DNA of 64,000 nt from an uncultured bacterium. Its GTDB lineage: Bacteria; Auribacterota; Erginobacteria; Erginobacterales; CAZKCI01. Where the stretch lies: NCBI GenBank assembly GCA_964551475.1, contig CAZKCI010000023.1:7289-71288 (forward strand), given 5' to 3'. Shown here piece by piece: positions 53,020 through 61,029 of the stretch. The notes beneath the pieces were generated by a model. The model saw only the letters and a program-made list of their open reading frames with translations. It was not told the DNA's origin and searched no databases. Every line of letters begins with the position of its first letter. Position 1 is the stretch's first letter. The position numbers and the translations under genes were made by a program.

Positions 53020-53964
53020 TCATAGGTTATCGTGGATCGAGTGTTTGAGGAAGGTATAGGCCCGGATCAGCTCCGCGATCCCCCAGTCCAGGTCGTGGCG
53101 GGTCCGAAAGCCGGCCTTCTCGATCTTCTCGTTGGAGACGATGTAGTTCCTCTGGTCGGGGTCCTTGCCCACCTCGGAGGTGATGATCACGAGCCGGGGG
53201 AGATGGCGCTTGATCGTCTGGCAGAGCTCGAGCTTGGAGAGGTTGGCCGAGGAAAGGCCGACGTTGTAGACCTCGTCCTTCATCCGGGAGAAATTCTCCA
53301 GGCCGAAGGCGAAGGCGCGGGCGATGTCCCGGACATGGATATAGTTCCGCTTGAAGTGGGCCTCGAAGAGAACGATCACCCGATCGACGAAGGCCCGGTA
53401 GGTGAAGTCGTTGACCAGGAGGTCGATCCGCATCCGGGGGGAAACCCCGAAGGCGGTGGCCAGGCGGAAGGCGATGGCGTTGCCGCTCCCCATCAGCACC
53501 CTCTCCGCCTCCACCTTCTGGCGGCCGTAGGAGGAGATCGGGCGGAGCGGAGACTCTTCGGTGCAGAAGGCCCCGGCCTCGCCCACTCCGTAGCCGGAGT
53601 TGGTCACCGGGAAGAGGACGCGCTGGGCGCGGGAGCGCAGCCGGTCGATCAGCTTCACCCCCCCCACGTTGATCGACCGCGCCTCCTGGGGATGGCGGTC
53701 GCAGGCGGGGGCGCCGACCACGGCGGCGAGCGGGATGATCACGTCGGCTTCCTTGATGAGGGGCCGGACCACGGAGGGCTCCCGGACGTCTCCCCGGACG
53801 ATGCGCAGCGTCTGGTGATGGCAGAGGTGCAGGAGGGAGGTCTGGCGGTAGCGGAAATCGTCGAGAACGGTGACCGAATATCCGTTGTCCAGAAAATGCC
53901 CGGCCATCACCGAACCGACGTATCCCGCCCCGCCGGTAATTAATATTTTGCATGATTTCATGGT
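53020..53964 (-). CDS. NAD-dependent epimerase/dehydratase (extended SDR)
   Basis: (M)KSCKILITGGAGYVGS, ...SSYGRQKVEAE (YxxxK); start at internal ATG. Confidence 0.75.
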   Translation of the reverse strand, partial: TMKSCKILITGGAGYVGSVMAGHFLDNGYSVTVLDDFRYRQTSLLHLCHHQTLRIVRGDVREPSVVRPLIKEADVIIPLAAVVGAPACDRHPQEARSINVGGVKLIDRLRSRAQRVLFPVTNSGYGVGEAGAFCTEESPLRPISSYGRQKVEAERVLMGSGNAIAFRLATAFGVSPRMRIDLLVNDFTYRAFVDRVIVLFEAHFKRNYIHVRDIARAFAFGLENFSRMKDEVYNVGLSSANLSKLELCQTIKRHLPRLVIITSEVGKDPDQRNYIVSNEKIEKAGFRTRHDLDWGIAELIRAYTFLKHSIHDNL

Positions 53965-54002
53965 TTTCTCCGCGCGGTAATGCAAACGGGCGAGCGAGTA
54001 TA

Positions 54003-54127
54003 TGGGTTAGGGTTATGAAGTGGGTTTGGCAGATGGGTCAGGTTAATGGTGTTGGCCTCGGCGAGCCGCACCATCAACTTCTCCCATGTACCAAACCAAC
54101 TTCTTGACCCTTACCCATCGACCCAAA
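54003..54127. repeat. Family A palindromic repeat, copy 4
   Basis: tgggttagggttatgaagtgggtttggcagatgggtcaggttaatggtg ... caccatcaacttctcccatgtaccaaaccaacttcttgacccttacccatcgacc. Confidence 0.8.
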
Positions 54128-54151
54128 CAGTGTTCCAGGGAAAGATAGCCG

Positions 54152-55090
54152 TTATCTCAGAATAGCGTTTGCTGTTTCCCCGACCAGATGGTCCCTGAGG
54201 ATCTTCAGCCCTTCCGAGAGCTTCACCCGGGGAGCGAAGCCGTAGAGCTTCTTCATCGCCGTGGGGCGGGGACGGAAGGAGATGTATTCCGGCACCTTCC
54301 CCACGCAGCGGATCCGCGCCTTGACCCCGAACGTCCGCGCCGCCTCTTCCACCAGGGCGCGCAGCGTGTAGGGCCGGCCGACACAGAGATCCACGGTGAT
54401 ATACCTTCCCCGGGACGCGAGCATCATTTTCACCGCCTCCACCGTGTCGGAAACGAACATGGCGTCGATCAGGTTCTTCCCGTCGCCCCGGATGACGAAC
54501 TCCCGCTCCTTCTCCAGGGCGAAGGTCCGGACCAGCTTGGTGTAGATCTTCCGGGGCGGCTCCTGCGGGCCGTAGGCGCCGAAGAAACGGACAATCACAT
54601 AATCCCGAACCGATCCCTGTTTCTGGAAGAACTTGACGTAGCCTTCGGAGGCGAGCTTGGCGATGGCATAGGGGAGTCTCGGATCGAGACGGCTCGAGGG
54701 CGAGACCAGACCGGAGAGGCCGTCGTAGACCGCCCCCGAAGAGAAGTAGATCAGGCGGCCGATTCGAAAATGCGAGAGAAACCGGATCAGGGCCAAGGGC
54801 CCGTCGGACAGGTCCCTCCCCGGATTCTCGACCGAAAAGGCGGGATCCCCGTTCCCGGCGAGATAGACCGCGGCATCCGCCTTCCCGTCCCAGCGGCGGG
54901 CGAGTCGGGAGAGCGCCGCGCTGTCCTGGAGATCGCAGGACACGGCGTCCACGCCCGAAAGCCCCCGCTCCCGGACGAAAGCAGCCGCTGCCGGCGTCCG
55001 GTCGAGAGCCAGGACCTGGTGACGTTCCGCCAGAGAAAGCAGGAGGTTCTTGCCGATGAATCCCCCCGCGCCGGCGATAATGATCTTCAT
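54152..55090 (-). CDS. NAD-dependent epimerase/dehydratase (SDR)
   Basis: (M)KIIIAGAGGFIGKNL, ...PYAIAKLASE (YxxxK). Confidence 0.7.
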   Translation of the reverse strand: MKIIIAGAGGFIGKNLLLSLAERHQVLALDRTPAAAAFVRERGLSGVDAVSCDLQDSAALSRLARRWDGKADAAVYLAGNGDPAFSVENPGRDLSDGPLALIRFLSHFRIGRLIYFSSGAVYDGLSGLVSPSSRLDPRLPYAIAKLASEGYVKFFQKQGSVRDYVIVRFFGAYGPQEPPRKIYTKLVRTFALEKEREFVIRGDGKNLIDAMFVSDTVEAVKMMLASRGRYITVDLCVGRPYTLRALVEEAARTFGVKARIRCVGKVPEYISFRPRPTAMKKLYGFAPRVKLSEGLKILRDHLVGETANAILR

Positions 55091-55223
55091 GGGAACAAAC
55101 TCCAAAATACAAACCACAAATTCCAAACAAAATTCAAATCACAACTTACCATCACCGATGAGCCGGTTTGTTTGTGATTTGGCTTTGTAATTTGTTTGGA
55201 ATTTGTTCTTTGTGGGTTGTTAT

Positions 55224-56180
55224 TTATTCTTTCCAGTACTCTCGGTACCACGCAATCGTCTTTTCGAGCCCTTCCGAGAGAGGGACCCGCGGAACGAAGC
55301 CGAGGAGACGGCGGGCTTTCTCAATGGAGGGGATCCGGAGTTCCACGTCGGCGGCCAGGGCGTCCTTGAAAACCAATTTCGAGGAGGACCCCGAGATGCC
55401 GATGATCTTCTCGGCCAGGTCGCGGATGGTCACGGCGGCAGCATGGTTCCCGAGGTTGAAGACCTCGCCCACCGCCTTGGGTTTTTCCAGGCAGGCGAGC
55501 ACGCCGCGGACGAAGTCGTCGATATAGCACCAGGCCCGGATCTGCGCCCCGTCTCCGTGGATAAAGAGGGGCTCGTTCTTGAGCGCCGCCAGCGTGAACT
55601 TCTGGATCGCCCCCTCCCCCACCTGGTAGGGGCCATAGATGTTGAAGGGGCGAACGGTGACCGCGGGCAGGCCGTACTCCTGGTGGTAGCAGTGGGTCAT
55701 GTGCTCGGCGGCGAGCTTGGAGACGGCATAGACCCACCGCAGAACGCCTACCCGGCCGTGCGTGGTGGGGGCGGCCTCGTCCGCCTTGTAGACGAAAGAG
55801 CCGTAGACCTCGCTGGTGGAAAAGTCTACGAAGCGCTCGACCTTCTCCTTCACCGCCGCGACCAGGACGTTCTGGGTTCCGGTCATGTTCACGGCCATGG
55901 TCACGGTCGGGCGCTTGATCACGGTGTCGATCCCGGCGATGGCGGCGAGGTGGACGACCAGGTCGCACCCCTTGATCGCTTTCCTTACCCCTTGGGGGTC
56001 GAGGACGTCCCCCTTGATGAACTTGATGTGGGGATGACGGGGGAGATCGGTCAGGTGGATGGCGTCCCGGTGCTGGTTGTCGTAGACGACCAGACGGTTC
56101 AAATCCGCCAGCGCCCGGCAGAGGTGGGTCCCGATGAACCCCCCTCCCCCGGTGAGCAGTATCTTCTTGTTCTTGATCAT
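55224..56180 (-). CDS. NAD-dependent epimerase/dehydratase (extended SDR; UDP-sugar 4-epimerase/decarboxylase-like)
   Basis: (M)IKNKKILLTGGGGFIGTHL, ...VYAVSKLAAE (YxxxK). Confidence 0.75.
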   Translation of the reverse strand: MIKNKKILLTGGGGFIGTHLCRALADLNRLVVYDNQHRDAIHLTDLPRHPHIKFIKGDVLDPQGVRKAIKGCDLVVHLAAIAGIDTVIKRPTVTMAVNMTGTQNVLVAAVKEKVERFVDFSTSEVYGSFVYKADEAAPTTHGRVGVLRWVYAVSKLAAEHMTHCYHQEYGLPAVTVRPFNIYGPYQVGEGAIQKFTLAALKNEPLFIHGDGAQIRAWCYIDDFVRGVLACLEKPKAVGEVFNLGNHAAAVTIRDLAEKIIGISGSSSKLVFKDALAADVELRIPSIEKARRLLGFVPRVPLSEGLEKTIAWYREYWKE

Positions 56181-56269
56181 AAAAATCCTTTCAGGATTTT
56201 TTGGTTTGGAGGCGGATATGATACCAAAAGGCGCAGGATTCCTGTTAATCAAATCACGTCAGGGACAAG

Positions 56270-56370
56270 GAGATTAGAGATTACCGATTACTGTTCACCG
56301 ATCGCCGCTCCTTGATCTGAAATCTGAGATTTTAGATACTGATAACTGATCGCTGATTACTGATCACTGT
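56270..56370. repeat. Heptamer array GAGATTA/CTGATTA/TGATCAC (family G)
   Basis: gagattagagattaccgattactg...tctgaaatctgagattttagatactgataactgatcgctgattactgatcactg; related to 6585-6665, 2525-2568, 51661-51690. Confidence 0.7.
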
Positions 56371-58592
56371 TTTTCTACGGGGGCGAGGCGGAGGTTGGTG
56401 ATCACCGGATAGGCCTTGTTCCGGGGGATCCCCCCGCGCGAGTAGAACATCGTCTCGCCGAAGGTCTTGTCGGTCCAGGGGCCGCGCTCGTAGTAGATCC
56501 AGTTCCCGATCGGCCAGGAGGCGCCGACGAAATAGCGCCCCCGGGGGGCGGCGAAGGTCCAGGAAGACCAGTCGCCGGGATTCTTCACGGCGAAGAGGGG
56601 CGACTCGGCGACTTTCCCGTCGGGCACGCCATCCCCGTCCGCATCGGCGAAGACGGCGAGCCGGATACTTCCCTCGTCGCCCTCCCGGGCGTGGGCCATC
56701 TCCAGTTTCAGCTCTGTCCCCTCCGGCCATCCGTTCGCCACCTCCCAGACGCCGACGTCGAAGTAGCCGGCATGCTCGACGGAGTCGGTGAGCAGGTCGC
56801 CGGAAAAAGCAGGAGAGACGACGGCCGTTTCTTTCCCACCCGTCGCCGGCGAGTCCGCCTTCCCCTTGACCGCCTTGATCTCGACCAGCCAGGACTCGAA
56901 ATGCTGCGGCTCCATTCTCTCGTCCCAGACCACGGGGGCGTTGGCCCGGCGGGGGAGGCGCTTCCCCGCCCAGTCGACGATGTCGTCGGCGAGCAGGGGA
57001 ATGATGTCCGCGTGCTCCTTATGGATGATCTCGACGTCGTAGAGGCGGCCCATATAGCGCTTTTCCGTCTCCAGGTTGGTGTGCCATCCGTGGAGCATGA
57101 CCAGGTCCCCCACCTTGAGATTCCCCCGGGTGGAGTTGGTGTAGCCGCGCAAGGGGCGGGGCTTGGCGAAGAAGCCCGCTTTCAGCGTCTCGTCCGTGTA
57201 GAGAGACCTTCCGGGAAAACGGTCGCGGACATAGAGGGAAAGGCGGGAGATGTCGGCGAAGGAATCTCTCTGGTAGACCAGGACCAAACCCGTGAAGACC
57301 GAGGAGGCGAGAAGGCAGAGGACGAGCGAAGCTATGCCCAGCCAACGGATCTTCCGGGTGGCATAGATAGCGTCGATGCCGACGCCTCCCAGGATCAGGC
57401 CCGCCGGGACAAGCTCGTACTGATAGCGGGGCGTCCACCACTTGTTGACCACCAGGACGAAGGTGATGGCGGCGAAGAAATAGAGATAGAGAAGGGCGTA
57501 GGAGAGAGCGGCGGAAGATTTCCGGGCGCGGACGATCAGGACGAGGAGACCGGCGAGAGCGAGGAGCGCCACCGGGTAGGTGAGTATCCAGGGATAGGAG
57601 TAGAGGTAGTGGACGAGCCAGTCCATCCCCCGGGTCTGGATCGACTGCCAGGAGACCTTCATCCCCTCCCCATACCAGTTGCTCTTGGCCAGGTATTTCT
57701 GCCAGACGTGGAGAAAGACGAAGGCGGAGAAGGAGACGACCATGAGGAGGAGGACGAGGGGCCTCATCCACCAGCGGGGAGAAATGTTTTTCCGGGGAAA
57801 GAGGTAGAAGAGACCGAGGAGAGCCCCCATCAAAGCTAGGGCGGCGAGCCCATATTGACGCAGGAGGATCGGGCCGGGGATTTTGACGGGGAAAACAGCG
57901 AGGACCTGATCGATCACCGGCTGGAGCATTTCCTTCAGGCCGGGGAGATAGAAGAAGGCGACGGCCAGCAGGGCGAGGGCAAGGGGGAAAACGATCAGCG
58001 CGGTCTTGACCTTCCTCTCCCGGAAGAGCGCGGCGATGAGGAAAACGGCGGCGGCGGCGGCGGCGGGCGGGACCAGGACGAGTCCGGTGGGATAGGTGAG
58101 CGCGGCGAGCCCCCCGGAGAATATCCCCAGGGCGAGGAAAAGGCTGTTGCCGGTCGGCAAGCACTTGAGAATACCGTAGAAGCAGAGGAGAACGAAAAGC
58201 GCGTACTGGGCGTGGGGAAAGATCCTCAGCGACCAGCGGAAGACCAGGGGGGAGACGGTGTAGAGGGCGGCGGAGAAGATCGCGGCTCTTTTTCCCGAGA
58301 CAATCCGGGCGATCCCCATCAGGGGGAGGACGGAGAGAGCCCCGGCAAGGATCGAGACGAGCCTTCCCGAGACCAGGGAATCTCCGACCAGGCGGTTGAG
58401 CAGGCGCAGGAAAAAGGGATAGCCGGGGAGGATGAACGTCCCCTGTATCCGCTCCAGCGCCGTCATGTAGTAGACCGAGTCGGTATAGACGGCGGGATGC
58501 CAGAAGAGGAAGGCGAGGCGCAAGACAAGGTTCAGAAGAAAGAACCCCGTTAGCCACTTCCAGATCTTCCCCACATTATCGAGATTATTCAC
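56364..58592 (-). CDS. GT-C (ArnT/PMT_2-like) membrane glycosyltransferase with conserved C-terminal ~120-aa module
   Basis: ~13 TMs; C-terminal ...RLAVFADADGDGVPDGKV...NPGDWSSWTFAAPRGRYFVGASWP...TMFYSRGG...PVITNLRLAPVEKQ. Confidence 0.65.
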   Translation of the reverse strand: MNNLDNVGKIWKWLTGFFLLNLVLRLAFLFWHPAVYTDSVYYMTALERIQGTFILPGYPFFLRLLNRLVGDSLVSGRLVSILAGALSVLPLMGIARIVSGKRAAIFSAALYTVSPLVFRWSLRIFPHAQYALFVLLCFYGILKCLPTGNSLFLALGIFSGGLAALTYPTGLVLVPPAAAAAAVFLIAALFRERKVKTALIVFPLALALLAVAFFYLPGLKEMLQPVIDQVLAVFPVKIPGPILLRQYGLAALALMGALLGLFYLFPRKNISPRWWMRPLVLLLMVVSFSAFVFLHVWQKYLAKSNWYGEGMKVSWQSIQTRGMDWLVHYLYSYPWILTYPVALLALAGLLVLIVRARKSSAALSYALLYLYFFAAITFVLVVNKWWTPRYQYELVPAGLILGGVGIDAIYATRKIRWLGIASLVLCLLASSVFTGLVLVYQRDSFADISRLSLYVRDRFPGRSLYTDETLKAGFFAKPRPLRGYTNSTRGNLKVGDLVMLHGWHTNLETEKRYMGRLYDVEIIHKEHADIIPLLADDIVDWAGKRLPRRANAPVVWDERMEPQHFESWLVEIKAVKGKADSPATGGKETAVVSPAFSGDLLTDSVEHAGYFDVGVWEVANGWPEGTELKLEMAHAREGDEGSIRLAVFADADGDGVPDGKVAESPLFAVKNPGDWSSWTFAAPRGRYFVGASWPIGNWIYYERGPWTDKTFGETMFYSRGGIPRNKAYPVITNLRLAPVEKQ

Positions 58593-58606
58593 GGTAGCTA
58601 ATGAAG

Positions 58607-58740
58607 GTAGATAGGTTAGGGTTAAGAGGTGGGTCTGGTAAATGGGTTAGGGTTAGGTGGAGCTCGCAGACCGCGAGCCAGGCTACACCATCAACCTTAC
58701 CCATTCACCAAACCCACTTCTTTACCCTTACCCATCGACT
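58607..58740. repeat. Family A palindromic repeat, copy 5
   Basis: gtagataggttagggttaagaggtgggtctggtaaatgggttagggttaggtgg ... caccatcaaccttacccattcaccaaacccacttctttacccttacccatcgac. Confidence 0.8.
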
Positions 58741-60799
58741 ATTGTTTTTCTACCTCGATCGCCATGTTGGTCGAGCGCGGGCCGGTCGAACCGGCGGGGG
58801 CGTCGCCCTGGGAGAAGAACATGGTCGGGGAGAAGTCCTTGGTCTTCCAGCCCGTCCGGTCGAAGTAGATCCGGGCCCCTTCGTCCCAGGTGTTCCCGAC
58901 AAAAACCTTCCCCTCCGGGGCGGGGAAGGTCCAGAAGGACCAGTCGCCCGCCTTCTGGGCGATCAGGAAATCGGAGCGGGCGAGCTCGGCGTCGGGCCGG
59001 CCGTCGGAGTTCGCGTCCCCGAAAGCGACCATGGTGAACCCTCCATCCCGGCCGGCCGCCGCGTGCTGGATCTTCAGGAGCAGGGTGTCGCCGGAAGAGC
59101 GCTCCTTCATCACCTCCCAGATCTGGAGGCGATGCCCGGGCGAGGTGCGGAGCTGGACATCCGAAACCGGGGCCTCCCGGGCCGTGACCTTGGAGGCGCC
59201 CGCGCCGGCCAGATCCTGTAGAGCGGACTTGATCTGGAGCTGGACGACCAGGGAGAAGACGGAGACGGCGAGGACTCCGAGAACGATGTACAGCACGGTT
59301 TTCGAAGCGGCGGAACCGGGCCCCTTTCCTTCCGGCGCGCCGTTTCCCTGGGGAAATACGGTGGTCATGATCAGCCCTCCTATCAGCCAGACAAGGTAGA
59401 GGGGGAAGAGGCTGGCCTGGCCTTCCAGTCCGGCGACCTCCCCCAGGTTGAAGGAATTATAATAATCGGAGACAACGGTGTTCTTCTGAAATGTCGTCTC
59501 CCGGTTGGTGGAAAGACTGCCGTTCATGAATGCCCCCACATAGAGATCGCGATAGGGGTGGGCGGCGTATTCCTCCGGGCGAACGGCTACGCCGGTGAGG
59601 ATGAGAAAGATGGAGAGAGCGATGAGGACGGTGGAGAGCCGGGGGAAACGGACGATAAAGAAGAAGGCGAGCAGGCAGAGATAAGGGAGGATCTCCATCG
59701 CGTGGCGCGGACCCAGCGCCTTGCCCCCATACCAGTAGGGGTAGCTGGTGTTGGTGTAGAAATAGAGGAGACACATCGTCCAGAGAACGACCAGCAGTCC
59801 TCTCCAGCCCTTGGCTTTGGCGAAGTAGTAGATCCCCGGGAAGATGAAGATGAGGAAGGAGGAGAGGTGGAAGAAGCCGCGGAAGGGCCCGAAAGAGGTC
59901 TGGAAGAGGGGCTTGATGATCTGCCCTCCCCAGGGGAGGATTCCGAGGAGGAAACTCCGCTTGTAGGCCGAATGGGCGGCGGCGCGCTTGTCGAAATAGG
60001 CGACATAGAAGGGCTTGGCGAAGACCAGATAGTTGTATCCGAGCAGGATGCCGGCGGGGAAGAGAGCGCCGAGGAGGAACCAGGCGAAGCGAAACTTTTT
60101 CGGCATCCGGAAGAAGCAATAGAGGGTGAGGAAGACAACGATGATGATCGTCGGATATTCGGTGACCACCGCCCATCCCCCGATCAACCCCGCCCAGAAA
60201 ACAAAGAGGGAAGCGCGTTCCTTCTCCGGGAAGAGGACTCCGTATTTGAGGAGGAGGTAGAAGGAGATCACGGTCAGGACCGAGCCGACCATGTGGCCGT
60301 AGAGAACGGTGGAGTAGGCGAAAGCGGGTGTTCCCAGGAAGAGGCCCAGCGTGCAGAGAAGGCGGGGATAGACGGAGGAATGAAACAATCCCAGGAGTCG
60401 GAAGAAAACGACGCCGCCCAGGGAGCAGGGGATCCCGACCACGATCACGGTGGTCAGCCAGCAGGTGAAGAGGTGGTAAAAATCTTCGGAGAAGGAGGAG
60501 ACCAGAACGGGCTTCAGACGCGAGAGGAGAAAATAGGGGACCACGCCGGTGAGGCTCATCCCGGGAGCCTTGTTGGGGTAGGTCTTGGGCCTTCCGCCGG
60601 TCCCGGGGAGAGGATCGACCTGGACGATATCATGGGAACCCGCAAAGGGCTTCAGATTGAGCTGGCGGAGCTCCACGATCGAACGCATCTGGTCGAGGCG
60701 GGAGTTCTGGTTCGCCCCCCCGCCCTGGTAGAAGAAGGCGAAGGAGAAGAGGAGAATCAGGAAAAGGACGATCTCGATCTTGCGTTCGGAGCATTCCAT
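58739..60799 (-). CDS. GT-C fold membrane glycosyltransferase paralogue with the same conserved C-terminal module
   Basis: ~13 TMs; C-terminal ...TMVAFGDANSDGRPDAEL...KAGDWSFWTFPAPEGKVFVGNTW...TMFFSQGD...NMAIEVEKQ colinear with the C-termini of 56364..58592 and 44584..47283. Confidence 0.6.
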   Translation of the reverse strand: MECSERKIEIVLFLILLFSFAFFYQGGGANQNSRLDQMRSIVELRQLNLKPFAGSHDIVQVDPLPGTGGRPKTYPNKAPGMSLTGVVPYFLLSRLKPVLVSSFSEDFYHLFTCWLTTVIVVGIPCSLGGVVFFRLLGLFHSSVYPRLLCTLGLFLGTPAFAYSTVLYGHMVGSVLTVISFYLLLKYGVLFPEKERASLFVFWAGLIGGWAVVTEYPTIIIVVFLTLYCFFRMPKKFRFAWFLLGALFPAGILLGYNYLVFAKPFYVAYFDKRAAAHSAYKRSFLLGILPWGGQIIKPLFQTSFGPFRGFFHLSSFLIFIFPGIYYFAKAKGWRGLLVVLWTMCLLYFYTNTSYPYWYGGKALGPRHAMEILPYLCLLAFFFIVRFPRLSTVLIALSIFLILTGVAVRPEEYAAHPYRDLYVGAFMNGSLSTNRETTFQKNTVVSDYYNSFNLGEVAGLEGQASLFPLYLVWLIGGLIMTTVFPQGNGAPEGKGPGSAASKTVLYIVLGVLAVSVFSLVVQLQIKSALQDLAGAGASKVTAREAPVSDVQLRTSPGHRLQIWEVMKERSSGDTLLLKIQHAAAGRDGGFTMVAFGDANSDGRPDAELARSDFLIAQKAGDWSFWTFPAPEGKVFVGNTWDEGARIYFDRTGWKTKDFSPTMFFSQGDAPAGSTGPRSTNMAIEVEKQ

Positions 60800-60839
60800 A
60801 TCGCGTGCCGCCTCGGCGAGGAGATGGCTGGGTCGCCCA

Positions 60840-60900
60840 TTGTAGGCCGGTTCTGCGAACCGGCGGCCAGGATGCCCGCTCCCAGAGCGGGCCTACAGAA
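60840..60900. repeat. Family H REP-like palindromic element, copy 2
   Basis: tgtaggccggttctgcgaaccggcggccaggatgcccgctcccagagcgggcctacagaa. Confidence 0.75.
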
Positions 60901-61029
60901 CCCGGCGGACAGATGCCAGGCGCAAATCCGTTTGACCATTCAAGCTTTTCAGTATATACAATTCAGGGCCGCCGGGGAAGGTCCACAATAAAACAAGGTT
61001 CCCGGTTCAAGGATTACTTCTGCCTTGCC

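Noticed and set aside
60805-61029. 75-codon N-terminal extension of ORF 60805..63237 (MPPRRGDGWVAHCRPVLRTGGQDARSQ...)
   Set aside because: Non-hydrophobic and Arg/Gly-rich. It spans the family H repeat and an AT-rich promoter-like stretch. The ATG at 61030 starts directly at the first TM helix.
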